A DNA stretch of 64,000 nucleotides from positions 167,400,001 to 167,464,000 of the forward strand of contig OX597815.1 of assembly GCA_951406725.2 (NCBI GenBank). Direction: 5' to 3'. Shown one piece after another: positions 39,997 to 54,432 of this stretch; within the stretch, counting starts at the first letter, position 1, and every line of letters starts with the position of its first letter. The position numbers were made by a program, and so were the translations under genes. The notes beneath the pieces are model-generated. The model saw nothing but the letters and a program-made list of their open reading frames with translations, was not told the origin of the DNA and made no database searches. This DNA comes from Octopus vulgaris (taxonomy: Eukaryota).

Positions 39997-40075
<79 letters not shown>

Positions 40076-41033
40076 GAGGGAGTGAGAGAGGGGGAGGGAT
40101 GTGAGTTGAGAAAGCGAGAGAGGTAGATAGGGATGAAAATTAGAAAGACACATAAGTAAGGGAGAACGAATGTACGCAGAGTGAAGTAAAATTGACGAAA
40201 AAATGGCAAAGAATGTTTGAAGGAGCAAAAAGGTGTTAAGATAAAAATATAAAGAAATACAACCACCAGAAAAGAAGAGTGAAAAAGAAACAGAAAGAGA
40301 AAGTAGAAAAAAGAAAAGAAAGAAGAATTTGAAGAAGAAGAAAAAGCTGAAAAATAAGAAAAATAAAGAAAAATATAGTAAAAGGAAGACGAGGGAACAG
40401 TAAGGGTATAGAGGCAAAGGGAAAGTTCTTGTCTGTAGGGAGACGATTAGTTTTTATCTTAACGAGAAACCTGTGTGTCTGAAGTGTCAGTCTTCTTCAA
40501 CAGGTGCTTCTAAGGTTTATATTTTCATAGAAAATATTTACAGCTCGCTTCTCTAAACTTGTGTTTGAATTCCTTAAAAGCTTTCTCACATTTACTGTCG
40601 TGTCTTGTTATATGGACTGTATCGTTAGCATGACCAACATCATGACCATCAGTATTAGTAGCAATAAGTTGTTGGATTATCCAGTGTCTTTGACAGATAT
40701 TAGAGATTACAATGGTTAAATCTTCAATAGGATTTGAAATTAAAGATAGATTTAAAAGGACAAAATTATGCAATACAAAATCTCTACCAGCTTCAAGTTT
40801 CAGGAAAAATTTCAGTGGAAACTTTTTCAGCATCGAGTTTAGCATTAAGCTTCCTAGGTCGGGGTATCGGGAAAGCCTACTTTTTCTGTCGGGGGCTTAT
40901 ATGCCCCATTACTAGACCTTTAGCCATTTGCACGGTGATCGCTGTCAGCTTTAAGCTTATAAAAATTCTATTAGTATTATTATTTATAGAATTGTAAAAC
41001 CCGACACCGCTTAACAAAACCATTCGCACCGAA

Positions 41034-41035
<2 letters not shown>

Positions 41036-41066
<31 letters not shown>

Positions 41067-41245
41067 TGTATGTATGTATGTATGTATGTATGCATGCATG
41101 TATGTATGTATTTATGTATGCATGCATGCATGTATGTATGTATGTATGTATGCATGCATGCATGCATGCATGTATGCATGCATGTATGTATGTATGTATG
41201 TATGTATGTATGTATGTATGTATGTATGTATGTATGTATGTATGA
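41036..41245. repeat. (TATG)n/(CATG)n microsatellite
   Basis: Direct observation. Confidence 0.95.
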
Positions 41246-41934
41246 TAATGCGGTCACTGCATTGTTTAAGACAGGAATGAGATAGCAAAATCTGACAGTA
41301 AGTAATCCCCTGATTAAGCAGACAGGTATGGTCGGCCGACTAATTTCGTCAAGCACTTTCTCAGTCTAAAGTAATTTTTTCTTGAATTTGCTAAGCTCTT
41401 TCCTTCTGTGTGACTCGTAGATTTTATCAAGTATTTTCACTATTGTGTGGATAGTATAGACGAAATTTGGGGGTAACTCATGAAGCTCGTAGCTTCGACA
41501 AGTCATTGCTATTAGACCCAGACTGTTTTGATGCAGCAGCCCCATGATAATAAGTGGCCATCCAATTTATATGTATGACTATCGCGACTGGATTATCAGT
41601 ATCAATTCTTTTCTAATACAGTAGGGTGTGTTTTGTGGTAGATTTGCCGGGTTATTCTAGTTGGTCGAGTGCCTACATAGAGACTGACTCGTTGACTCTG
41701 TAGAGGATTTGTGATTGACTAGAAAATACATTAGAACTGTTAGATTAACAGGTGGAATATCAATTTTGCGCCATCACCTAAGGTAATTCCAGTAGATCTG
41801 TAAAAATTGGAGTGTTCAACGTAAATTCAATCGGTTTGCATAAAAAGAAAAATAATATGGAATAATAAAAAGAATTGTAGTGTTTGAAGTGAATACTAGC
41901 CATTCATCTACGTCCCCAATGGAGTTACTAATTG

Positions 41935-42262
41935 AAGGGGATGTGTGGTTAAGAAACTCACTTTGCGACCATGTGCCCTTCGAGTGAATTAGGTAGATGG
42001 AAACTATGCGGAAGCCCATTGTAAATATATGTGTGCAGATACATATGTATGTGTGTGTGTATTTGTCCTCTCACCCAGTGCTTGATAACCGGCATTTGTT
42101 TAGGTCCTCGTAAGCTAGCGTTTCGGCAAAAGAGAGGGAGAGAATAAGTGCCAGACTTTAAAAAAAAAGTAGTACTGACTTCTATTTGTTCGACTCAACC
42201 CTTCAAGTATTCCAGTATGGCTGCAGTCGAATGACTGACTGAAACAAGTAAAAGGTAAAAGG
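41935..42262 (+). mobile_element. SINE family A, diverged and internally deleted
   Basis: gtgtggttaagaa head; ggtagatggaaact; gcagtcgaatgactgactgaaacaagtaaaag tail. Confidence 0.75.
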
Positions 42263-44271
42263 ACTTTCAGCGGGAGTGCCATTTTTACTGTACACTGTCA
42301 TTAATGTGAGGGTGTACGGTAAAAATGGCAGCGAATTATCACCATTTGCGATAGACCAGTCGCAGGTAAAACACCAGTTTGTAGTTAACGAACGTAGATT
42401 TCACAAAGCTGGGCGCAGAAAAGTTACAAGGAATAACAATAACGCATCTATTCTATAATGCTTTATGATTTCCGGACCGACCGTTGACTATGTCGAAAAA
42501 TGTAATCCTGACATTTCGAGAGGCCCGGCGAATTTCTGCATTCTTTTTTATGATATTGATTAAAGCTAAGTCCGCCTCTGCCCTATGCAATCACTCTTAC
42601 TTGCTATTATCAATTTGTGAAGATTTTTAGATCTAACGATGAAAAATGATACTGGCTCAGAGAAGACGACTTCACCCAATCAATTTGAAGAAGAAAATGT
42701 CATAAGATTTCTGTGAGTGAAACTGATGAAGGTACATTATCGTTGCGTTGCATCACCTTCACCGTACTCGACCCAGGCAAATACAATCTGATTCGAGTCA
42801 TGTCGCCACTAGGCTGAGAAAAAGAAAACAGCTGAGATTCTTCCTTACCTGGACGTGGTATTTCGTCACTGAGCTACGCCATCGAGAGACATGGAGCAAT
42901 TACACATGGCTACACGTCCCATCCGGCTTTTTCAAAATTAAATTACAGCCATTTAATTTTTTAAAAAGAAAGAAAAAAGTAGAAAAAATTTTAAATGTTT
43001 AAAAGTCTCTAAAACCGAATATGAGTTGAAGTAATTACCACGATCATAAATATAGAAGTGGGGCCTCAATCTGCTGCAGGTACACATATAGCTGTTAATC
43101 TACTAATCTTACTACCCTCGATTGACTAATATTGATAACGTATGTATGTACTGACCGTAAAAATGCGATATCCTGTTAATAGTTACTTGATAATAATTTC
43201 AACTGAAGCTCAACACGATTCGTAATCTCTAACCGAAATCGGAATTTTTCTTTAAGCAGAATTCTCTGGCTATTTTTTGAGTGGCATTTATCGCTGGTGT
43301 TCTTGATTGAATCACTGGGGTCATACATTTAGCTGCAGGCCCGTTCAAGTTTTTTGTCAACTTTTTTATCATTTTTCTCTTTTTATATTTTTCACCTCTT
43401 TAAATCACGTCTTTTTCACATCTTTTTCTTCTTTTATTTTATTTCATTATTTTTTAAATACATTTTATTTTTGCAACAACTTTTGAGTTACTTTTCTTTA
43501 TTTTATCTTTTTGGCGTTAATGGTCGACACTTTTCGTTTCCGGGCCTCACACCACACCCTGATCTGTAAACATATCTGTTGCTAACTCCTTCCTTACAGC
43601 CGAAGTAGCGTCGCAATCGTTTGGCAGACACGAGCCAACGGGACCAGACAATATTGAATTGCAAAGATAGCGAAATTTCGTCAATACCGTTTCTGTTCTT
43701 ATGGCGACTAAATCCTCACCAAAGTAAAGAAGGGACAAGAACAGTGGAGCCAAAAGACCTCTCGCAACCTACATATTCGTCTAACAATCAGTCATGTGTC
43801 AGCCCCATGTGTGTATGTATGTATGTATGTATGTATGCAGGATTTGATTTACATATGTGTGTATAAGTACACATGCACGCATACATGCATTTATATATTC
43901 ATGTATGTGTACTCTTGTGCGTGTATCTAATAGATACATCAACTGTATACGTATGTAATATGTAAACAGTCGTTTATCTCTGTGTGGTTGAATGTTTATG
44001 TGTGAGGGGAGTGTTTTGTGTATTTTTTGCTAGCATGTATCTGAGCGTGCGTGTTTGTGTTCATGTGTATTTGCGTGCGTATAATTTATACACTCACCAA
44101 AATACACATACACACACGCACACACCAATGTATATACATGTGTGTGTGCATTTAAGCATATATATCTGCTTATAAACACACACACGTGCATATATGCATA
44201 TATATACATGTATATATACATATATATACACATAGACACACACACACGCACACACACACAGACTCACTCAT

Positions 44272-44349
<78 letters not shown>

Positions 44350-44783
44350 ATAAGATCATTATTTAAATATCGAACTTATCGTGGTTTTAGAGTCAAGTTT
44401 TGGCTGCTATTTCAAGCGTGGTGGTATCTCTTAGATACCCTAAATTATAATTTATATATATATACGTGTGTGTGTGGGTGTGTGTGTGTTTGTGTGTGTG
44501 TGTGTCTGTGTCTGTGTGTGCGCGTGTGTGTGTCTGAGTGAGTGTGAGTGTGTATGTATGTATGTATGTATGTATGTATGTATGTAGTCGTAATGAGAAT
44601 ATTTAAACCTCTTATAGGGATAATTTATCCAAGATACACTGGTTTAATATATTATATTTTGAAGAGATATTTTTTTCAATGAATATATTATATAAAATAT
44701 CGTAAAATACCGAACATTATTATCAAGTTAGAAAACAGAAATCTAATGGATACAAATTTATTCATTTATTAATCGACATATTC

Positions 44784-44884
44784 ACCGACAACTGTTTCAT
44801 TTCGCGAACACAATTAAAATTACAAAACACATATAAATATATAATTTTGCATTTTAATTACCTTGTATGGAACGTCATCTGGGT
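44784..44884 (-). ncRNA. Degenerate type I HHR in a PLE terminus
   Basis: Minus strand: acc-CAGATGA-long AU-rich stem II-GAAAC-agtt-GTC-ggt. Confidence 0.55.
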
Positions 44885-44977
44885 TTACATTAAGGATTAC
44901 ATTAGGATACGTTTGAAATATTTAGAGTATTTTATTTCATGAAATTTTATTTCATTTTTACTTTCTTTTATTCATTA

Positions 44978-45377
44978 CTAGCAGCATAGCCCGGCGTTGC
45001 CCGGGTATGTAAGAGCCCCTAGTAGGCAACGACTAATACCAAGCTAGTTCTTTCCCTCTAGGGAACGAAGGCGCATGTGTAGGTTGCAATGTCTTCTCTT
45101 CACTCGAATACTTCTATGTATACGATGTTCCTAGCTGTCTCCCGACAGAAAATGTGTTGCATATAAAAAGCTTAGATTCTCGACCCCATGTCGAATTTAT
45201 AGATTCTTTTCAGAACTGGGGGAGCTTTTCAAAATTCTCGCTGCGTTAGTTTTGAATTATGACATTGGGCTATGTGTGTGTCAAGTTTCATCACAATCGG
45301 TTGAAAGCCGTGGTCAGGGTGATGGTACAACCTGACAGACACACAGACAGACAAACTGCCGTTTATATAGAGAGAGA
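44978..45377 (-). mobile_element. Non-autonomous Helitron, complete (400 bp)
   Basis: Minus strand: A|TC start, 3' hairpin cccgg-gcaacg-ccggg, then CTAG|T; no TSD. Confidence 0.85.
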
Positions 45378-45419
45378 TATTACTTTACCCTTATATAGTA
45401 TAAGCCATCATTCATGATT

Positions 45420-46545
45420 ATTATTAATAAATGTTTGACTTTTGCTTTGTATTTGTATAAGTTGCCTCCAAGTCTCAGTCAGAGACCTCAAGAGACCACG
45501 AATTCAAGTTGGGGCTACAAACTACAGTAGCATCCACCCTTTCTTTCCGAATATATGATCGTGACGTATATTTGCCATTTAAATATGGCTAACCCCTAAT
45601 AGCAAATATACGTCACGATCATATATTTGGTTTTGCACAAAGAGAATTTTAAGAAAACATAAGAAAATTAACAGTTTGTTTTAAAATTTGAGATTACATA
45701 GACTGTATTTTACGTAAGATATGAGCAGTTCCCATGAGCACTATCTAATGAATTTCTTCCATTTTGGGGTTTCCTGGTATCTGAAATCAGGTAGAAATCA
45801 GCCTCTTTTCCTTGGGCACCTGTGACAACAGGTATTGTTTTAGTCTTGAGATTCCACATTTTGCCAATTTCTATTTCAAGATCTTTATATTTACTCAGAA
45901 TTTGGTAGGTCTTGACAGATATATTTATATCAGCTGGGACAGTTACATCTATGAGGAGGCCTGATTTTTGTCTGAAGATATAATATATGGCTTATTCCCA
46001 TCTATCTTTCTATCAGTTTGAACGGTGTAGTTCCAGAGGAGTGAGATATGGTCATTTTCAAGCACTGGAGGTGGTTTGTGTCCACAACAGTTTTTATTAT
46101 AGGGCAGGTCCAAGTTTTTGCAAATTACCCAGTGAATATATCGCGCTGCTCTATCATGCCTGTTGAGATACTCTGTAGGAACAAAATGACTGCACATGGA
46201 GACAACGTGATCAATGGTTTCATTTTGTTGTTGACATACACGACATGTTGGGCTTCTGCTGTTCTTTAATATGCTGGCCTGGCTGCTCCTTGCAGGTAGA
46301 CATTGATCTTGGGCTGCTATGATAAACCCCTCTGTCTCTGATTTTAAGCCATAAAACACTAACCATTAATGGGTAAGGGCTTTGTCAACATCGGCATTAT
46401 TAGATCTATTTGGATATTTGCCATTGAGAGGTTTTTCTTGCTATTTATCAGTAATAATATCTAAGGCAGCAGTTTTAGCACGGGTTTTCATACGCTTAAC
46501 TTTTTCTGTGCTTGTTTCCAGTAGTCTAATTCTGGGATTTGTTGT
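45420..46545 (-). mobile_element. R4/Dong-like non-LTR retrotransposon, 3' part (CCHC finger plus restriction-like endonuclease)
   Basis: ETEGFIIAAQDQ, CRVC..ETIDHVVSMC, RHD, IDVTVP..KYKDL; (TAA)n-like sequence at both junctions. Confidence 0.9.
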
Positions 46546-46584
46546 ATTTATTATTATCATTATTATGATTTTTTAAATTGAAAT

Positions 46585-47096
46585 TATAATGGGACTAGAA
46601 GGTTCCTGATACCTGTGGAGTATCTCCTTCTTCCATTGCAATTAGTTTTTGTAGTCTTAAGATTCTGGAACTCGAAGAAGAAGGAGAGGCTTACAAGCGT
46701 ATTCAATTCAATGGTTGTTTATTTGCTTCTCATTTCATGATGTTTGCTCCCAGCGACCATCTGTATGTCAGCGCGTAGTTCATTAGCTTCGTTCGCGAGA
46801 GGTACATTACCTATGGAGATAACGGGTAAAGTTCAAGCGGGTTAAGAATCCGCTGTGAGCTGTTAGGTTTCATTGTTGTTCAACGTGAAGGCCAACGCGA
46901 GAGAAGAGTGACACTGCAACCTAGTCACCAATATGTAAACGACAGCGTATCACGTCGAGGTCACCATTCTATAATGGGACTAGAAGGTTCCTGATACCTG
47001 TGGAGTATCTCCTTCTCCCATTAAAATTATTTTTTGTAGTCTTAGGATTCTGGAACTCGAAGAAGAAGAGGCTTACAAGCTGACTCAAATCAATGG
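46585..47096 (-). mobile_element. Miniature LTR-like element: ~128-bp direct repeats with a tRNA-Trp PBS
   Basis: Repeats at 46585-46714 and 46970-47096; minus-strand TGGTGACCTCGACGTGAT (46966-46949) lies 3 nt from the repeat end. Confidence 0.6.
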
Positions 47097-47285
47097 CCCG
47101 GAGTGATGTGCGATCGTTTACAAATTGGTGACCCCGCCTTGGAATACTCATTCCTTTCTGATAGTTCAGTGACAGCTTCATTTTACCTTAATGACCAACC
47201 GTTCACTCTAATTTCACCTCTTCGCAACAGAAATGTCTTCCTTTTATCGTCTATTTTGTCTTCGCTTGAGGGAAATTCCTCTCTC

Positions 47286-47341
<56 letters not shown>

Positions 47342-47350
47342 ATATATACA

Positions 47351-48690
47351 TGAGTACGGACTTAGTAGATAACAGCTAGCCTTCGGCCGCTCTTTTGGAC
47401 CCTGTTGTGTCCACTACTCTGATTGGTTGGTATTGGCGCAACTTGTCTCTTGCTTTATTGCGCCCCACTATGCAACCCAACCAATCGCAGCCTTCAAATA
47501 AGGTCACATGAGACTGTCTCTTCTAAACCTCAGTTTGAGCCGACTGCTCACTATAAAACTCTAGCTTCACACCATCTCGATGTCTTTCGGTTCCAGACCT
47601 TTTGAGTTCTAGCCACTGACCACACAGGACACAGCCAGTTCCAGCGACAGCAAAACAGCAGCCAAATGGAGACTCATCTACCCTCGTCCAACAGCATACG
47701 GCAGTCACTTTCTTCGTTGCCTCCATCATCTTCTTAACGTCATCATCTCTCTACTTACACAGCAACCAGCAATACTCGCACAGGTCTACCACAACACTGT
47801 TTGTGAATTACTTCACCAACTTCACCATAGTTAGCAGCAAATACAACCTGCGAGAACTTCTGTACCAAGTGACCGGCAGCAGCAACGTAGCCACTACTTC
47901 TTGTACAACATGTACCTCAACCGGCTCTGCATTACAGCCACAACTTCTTGATACAACATTTCAACTATCGTGCACATTAACTACGAACTGGTAGTTATCA
48001 TCCTTGTGTCTGAACACTCTTCTAACTTCACATTATAGACTCTATCAATGCTCTGTTCGTAACGCACACGCATACATCCATGTCTGGGCACATACGCACC
48101 TTGTTCTTATGACGACCTCTCTATTATTATGTATACATGACTAACTACAGTACATATGTTGCCCTAACAATAAAATCTTCTGTTAAACATTCTACTCGGT
48201 TGTGTCTCTCTTTTCTTTCTGGCGCATTTATCCATTTCATGTTTATTGTATCGACGGTGTGATATACTAAGGAGCCATTCTCATCACCTATCTTCGCACG
48301 ATCGTTCACAAATGGTGACCCCGACCAAGAAAATGGATTTCGGCAGCCGCAAAGCTTTGTCGTTGTAGATACTTCACTTGAACTACAGAATGGCAGCTTT
48401 CGTTTGGATTCTCAACCAAAATAATCAATGGCTCGACGTTCCCACGGTCATTTACAAAATAAAAGGAATAATTTTAGCGCACAATTTTAACTCTTTCCGA
48501 ATCCTCTGCACTGTCCTCAGATTGATATCCCAAACAGTCTGAAATATTCGTATTGGAGCTTCCAGGGTGAATGCCAAGCAGTGCAGTACATCATTTTAAA
48601 ATTTCTTGCAGAGTGAATTGCGTAATGGTGCTGTTAATCTCACAGACGGTGCCCAACTGACCCTACTTTGCGTAGTCGACAAAATCAATA
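47351..48690 (+). mobile_element. LTR retrotransposon relic: ~960-bp LTR, tRNA-Trp PBS, decayed internal sequence
   Basis: TG...CA (ends 48310), AATAAA near 48168, PBS tggtgaccccgac at 48313-48325; left boundary approximate. Confidence 0.65.
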
Positions 48691-48695
48691 CATAT

Positions 48696-48770
<75 letters not shown>

Positions 48771-48799
48771 TATAAATATATAGAGAGAGAGAGGGGGCA

Positions 48800-49200
48800 T
48801 GGCAGGAGTGGCTGTGTGGTAAGTGGCTTGCTTACCAACCACAAGGCTCTGGGTTCAGTCCCAATGCGTGGCACCTTGGGCAAGTGTCTTCTACTATAGT
48901 ATCGGGCCTTGTGAGTGGATTTGGTAGACGGAAACCGAAAGGAGCCCATCGTATAAAATATCTATGTATATGCATATTTGTGTGTGTGTGTATATGTTTG
49001 TGTGTCTGTGTTTGTACCCCACCATCACTTGACAACCGATGCTGGTGTGTTTACGTCCCCGTAACGCAGCGGTTCCGCAAAAGTGACCGATATAATAAGT
49101 ACAAGGCCTACAGAGAATAAGGCCTGGGGTCGATTTGTTCGACTAAAGGCGGTGCTCCAGCATGGTCGCAGTCAAATGACTGAAACAAGTAAAAGAGAAA
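48800..49200 (+). mobile_element. SINE family A, full length
   Basis: Matches 22970-23368 end to end. Confidence 0.9.
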
Positions 49201-50504
49201 GAAGAAAATGTGTGCGTGTGCATATAGAATAAGAGAAATATGAAAAAATACAGAGCTAGGGTAGAGATAATGCGTCTTGGATAGACACAGGCAAATACAG
49301 ATACAAATACATACATACATACATACATGCATGCATACATACATATATACATACACATACATGCATATATAGATATGCATGTATGTGTATTTATATATAT
49401 ATGTGTGTGTGTGTGTGAGTTCAGCAAAAATTTAGATTCAGATGAATTATATATGTATATGAGTGTGTGAGTATATGTGTAATGTATATGTGTATGCATA
49501 TGTGTGTGTCTGTAAGCGTGTGTGAGTGTGTATAAGTATGCGCATATATATGTAAACATATGTGTATGTATGTACGTATGCATGTAGGCAATGGACATAT
49601 GAAAGTACACTTTGTAGTTGTTCAACTATGATCAAAGTTGTTCCCGCCGTGACTTTTCCGAATATTAAAAAAAAACCGCGGGAAATTCGGCTAGTGTGTC
49701 TAACAGGTCGAAAGGCCACAAAAAAAAAACTAGTTATGTGGTGCATCTCCGATCCATCGTTTTTTCTTTTGTTCTTTTTATTTGATATTTTATTTTTCTG
49801 CCGTTGGAGTGTACGTGCGTATGTGCTTGTGCGTGCGAGTTTGCGTATCTGTGTGTATGTGTGCAAGTGTGTGTGAGTGTGTGTGGGTGTATGTGTGAGT
49901 GTGTTTGGGCGTATGTGAGGTCGTGTGGGTGTTTAATGCTCCTGTTTGTCTCTTCTTGTATATGTACAGATAAAAGTTGATGAAAGTAGGTTAGTTAGAC
50001 TTTCGTGAACTGCCTAATGTAGGGTGATCGCTTCAATGTAGGTCATTCTTACCCCCATCCCATCCAAATAAGGACCCAGACAAATAATGACCAGACCATA
50101 AAAATAAATAACCAAATATATAGATAAGTGAAAATATAAATAAATAAAATAGTTCGAGACAGAAAAAAATATAACAGAAAACATATAAAATAAAAGAAAT
50201 ATCCAGGAAAGGATTATATTTCCAAGAAGTAATTTTTTACTGATGACGTCACCTACGTTTTAATAACGTCCTTTGTTAATCTTTCGGTCTCACTTCCGCT
50301 TTATTTAGATAGCGATCTCAGTAGAACTTCGTGAATTCTGATACAATTTTTTAGTTTAAGAAGAGAATCGTGACGTTTTGGGCCGAACCTTTCTCCAGAG
50401 TCCTTTTTATTCACATTCCACGTGTCATACAAATTGCTGGTTCGAGCCCAACTCGCGTCTTTTTGGTATATATGTATATATATATATATACGTTTTTTTA
50501 ATAT

Positions 50505-50745
50505 ATATATTTAGAAATACAAAATGGCTGACAGTTAGTAAGGAGAGACGCACAAATAAGAAAGAAGAAAGCAAAGGACCACGGATGCGGTCACAGGAGT
50601 GTGACGAAAGAACTCTGGCCGAAATAAGAGTGAGATTAAGATTAATGTAAAAAATAAATAACACTGAAGCAAAGTAACACCAAATATATAGTGCGTGTGT
50701 TTTTATCAGCTAAACTGGCAAAATGACCATTCCGAAATACAACAA
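50505..50745 (+). mobile_element. PLE-like terminal fragment with a variant HHR-like motif (50576-50620)
   Basis: cca-CGGATGC-g-gtcac-aggagt-gtgac-GAAAgaacTC-tgg; lies between (TA)n tracts; second copy at 28575-28731. Confidence 0.5.
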
Positions 50746-50767
50746 TATATATATATATATATAAATA

Positions 50768-51006
<239 letters not shown>

Positions 51007-51040
51007 ATATATATCAACTCGTGTGTTCCTTTTCACCCTT

Positions 51041-51095
<55 letters not shown>

Positions 51096-51144
51096 TATAT
51101 AAGAAAAAGTTTACAAAAAGAAAATAGAAACTAATCGTGGAAAT

Positions 51145-51598
51145 GTAATGGGGAAAGTAGGAAAAAAATAAGCGAAAATGCACATTGGAAATCAAAAAAG
51201 GCTTTTTATGAAAAGTTACGATACATATATACAATTAGATGAACTAGGGTAGGTATAGAAGTAATGAAAGTAATTATTGTGACGAATTGTTAAAGAGATT
51301 GAAAGGCATACCGGTTTCGTACTCCCTTACACTTTCCACTTAGGGACTAGTAGACCCGACACGGTGCGCATTCAAAGCACCGATCAGTAAATTTACGAAG
51401 CAGTGATCAGTAACTTTACGAAACCGGTATGCCTTTGAATCTCTTAAACAATTCACAATAATGACTTTCATTACTTTTATTCCTACCTCAGTTCATCTAA
51501 TTGTATAATATGTCTCGTTACTTTTCATAAAAAGCCTTTACTTTTTTTGATTTCCAATGTGCATTTTCGCTTATTTTTCTTCCTGCTTCTCTCTACAT
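51145..51598. mobile_element. PLE-end inverted repeat (~175-bp arms) with HHR 3' halves at the inner ends
   Basis: ggcataccggtttcgta (to 51321) vs tacGAAACcgGTAtgcc (from 51417). Confidence 0.8.
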
Positions 51599-51784
51599 GT
51601 GTGTGTGTGCGCGTGTGTGTGTGTGTGTGTGTGCGTGTGTGTGTGTGTGCGTGTGCTTTTTTAAGTGTTTACAAATAATACGGAAAAAATAAATAAGTAG
51701 TTACCAGGGTATCAAAAATTCACACAAATACCAAGGATGTAACTCCAGGTTTAGGTGAAATGGTTTTGTATCATATAGATAAAT

Positions 51785-52685
51785 AAATAAATGGAGTTAA
51801 ACGCAGGTATAATTCAAATCTTTTTACTTCCGACATATGTTTCGAAGAAAACATTGGTGCTATCCCAGAAGGAATAAAATGGTGTAAAACGATGCAATCT
51901 TCTCACCAGGACCAGAAAGAAACCAAACACATCAATAAGACATTTTAACAGAATGTGATGACTGCGTATATGATGAAAGGAACGCTATCAATTCTTTTTA
52001 ATAAACCGTTAGTATATATAACATCAAGGTAGTTTATAGAAAGAGAAGGAGGAGAAAGAAAGAAATTAGCAGAAAATTAATAGTGGAAAGATATAGAGCG
52101 ATAGGTGAATTAGAAGAAAGCTTAAAGGCATGGAAGTATATATTTAGTGGAAATGAAATGTAAGAAGACAGTCAAAGATCGAATTTTATAGAATGGTACA
52201 AATCATAGGAACTAAAGGTATGTTTCTACCAATGCTTGCAACGATAAAGGCGTTCAATAAACGTATTTACAACGGGATTCTCTGAGAACAGAATAAAGTA
52301 CATTTCACTGTTACAAAATGAACAAAAATATTTACCTTTATCATACGGTAAAGATATAGAGAGAATATTCCATTCCAAATGAAATTGTTTATTATGATCT
52401 TTTAGATACCAGATTAATTTAGTAAGCCCAGTATTTTTACGTTTATTGATATGCCTAAATGTAGAGTAATGATTAGATATTCTTTTGCACCACTGAGAAC
52501 CGGAAGTAATTTTACATTGATAGATAAGATAGATAAGCTTTCTATTCTTAGAATTACTGCTAAGAAAACCAATGCGATTAGAGTCAACTATCTTATTCCT
52601 TCTGGAATAATACCAATATTTTCTTCGAAACATATGTCGGAAGTAAAAAGATTTGAATAACACCTGCATTTAACTCCATTTATAT
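51785..52685 (-). mobile_element. 5'-truncated PLE: GIY-YIG endonuclease C-terminus, 3' pLTR with HHR, inverted partial pLTR
   Basis: ORF 52226-52669 LIYQCKIT..KRISNHYSTF..TGLTKLIWYLK..CSFCNSE..CKH; HHR CTGGTGA..GAAACatatGTC (51827-51915); inverted copy at 52595-52685. Confidence 0.88.
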
Positions 52686-52688
52686 ATG

Positions 52689-52787
<99 letters not shown>

Positions 52788-52809
52788 GTGTGTGTGTGTA
52801 AATTTGCGT

Positions 52810-52975
52810 TTATGGCAGCATGGTTATGTTATTCAACAGTTCGGTCCACAACCATGTTATTTGAAGTTCAGTATCACTGCACGGCATCATGGGCTATTGT
52901 TGTCTATTATACTTCTGGACAAACCAATAACTTGTTAGTGAATCTGGTGGACGGAAACTGCAGAAGCCCGTTGTG
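52810..52975 (+). mobile_element. SINE family A, diverged 5' half
   Basis: caaccatg..agttcagtatcactgcacggca..gacggaaactgcagaagcccgt. Confidence 0.65.
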
Positions 52976-53344
52976 TGTTTGTATGCGTGTGTGTGCGTGT
53001 GTTTGTACGTGTATGTATATGTATATAAATTTGCTTATGTGTGTATACATGTGTGTGTATGCATGTGTGTATACATGTGTGTATACATGTATATGCATGT
53101 GTGTCTGTGTGTATATATGTGTATGTGAGTGAAAACCGGTGTAGGTTTGGTTGCGTTTCCAAAAATTTATATCAGAAGGTAAAATAAAAAAAAAATTAGA
53201 AGTCATTCTGAATGTAAGAAATCGTAATCAGAATGGAAAAGAACTTATGTAACTTATCGTTCTGTAGGTTCCTCGATGCTCAACTGCGTCTGTCTCCCAA
53301 TCAGCTAGACAATTATATATCTATTTATCTATCCATCCATTCAT

Positions 53345-53372
53345 ATATATATAGATAGACAGACAGACAGAC

Positions 53373-53431
<59 letters not shown>

Positions 53432-53476
53432 CAGACAGACAAACAGACAGACAGACAGGTTGGTTGATTGATTGAT

Positions 53477-53563
<87 letters not shown>

Positions 53564-53577
53564 GCAGGCAGGCAGGC

Positions 53578-53632
<55 letters not shown>

Positions 53633-53635
53633 TAG
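53345..53635. repeat. (GATA)n/(GACA)n microsatellite
   Basis: Direct observation. Confidence 0.95.
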
Positions 53636-54337
53636 GTAGCTTTTCATGTACTTTCTATCTGTCCAATTGCTCTCGCAAATTGTTGGTCAACCTGCTTCTG
53701 TAGTAAAAGACATACTTGCTCATAGATCATGCAGAGTGATCGACCCACGAGTTCAAAGTTGTAATAAGAAACAAACAAACATTCATAAGTATAAACAGAA
53801 ATGATTGTATTATGATCGCTGGATATTGGAGTTGTATCATCAGTTATGTATCTATCTTGAAGTAATTTGGCAAATAAGTGATTTAATAATTTTTTGTATG
53901 TGCTTTCTCTTTCTTCTTCCCTTCAAGCTTACTATGGCACATTCTACATATATTACATTGTTTGTTTTCATTCCATTTTCGTTAAACCATTTCATTCCAA
54001 CATTTCAATGAAGCTAGGAAGTGGCATGCTTAATTAGACTGACTTGAAGATCATTATCATGTTTGTATTTATTTCAACTAAGTTTTCTTAGCATTAGCAT
54101 TTAAATTAAATTTGAAATAATAAAGAAGCACAGTGGAAAATGTACTAAATATATTTGATGCTTCATCAAATGCGGCCTTTCATCATATATATATATATAT
54201 ATATATATAAGTATAAGCATATATACATAAATATATGTATATATGTATATATACATATATAAGTATACATACATATATAAGTATATATAAATATATATAC
54301 ATACATATATATATACATATATATATACTCTATGACC

Positions 54338-54432
<95 letters not shown>

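Noticed and set aside
40440-41030. Overlapping ORFs and a TTGAAGA hairpin on the minus strand
   Set aside because: No recognisable domain and no GAAA/UH for an HHR
50235-50300. CTGATGA on the plus strand
   Set aside because: No downstream GAAAC or pairing stem I
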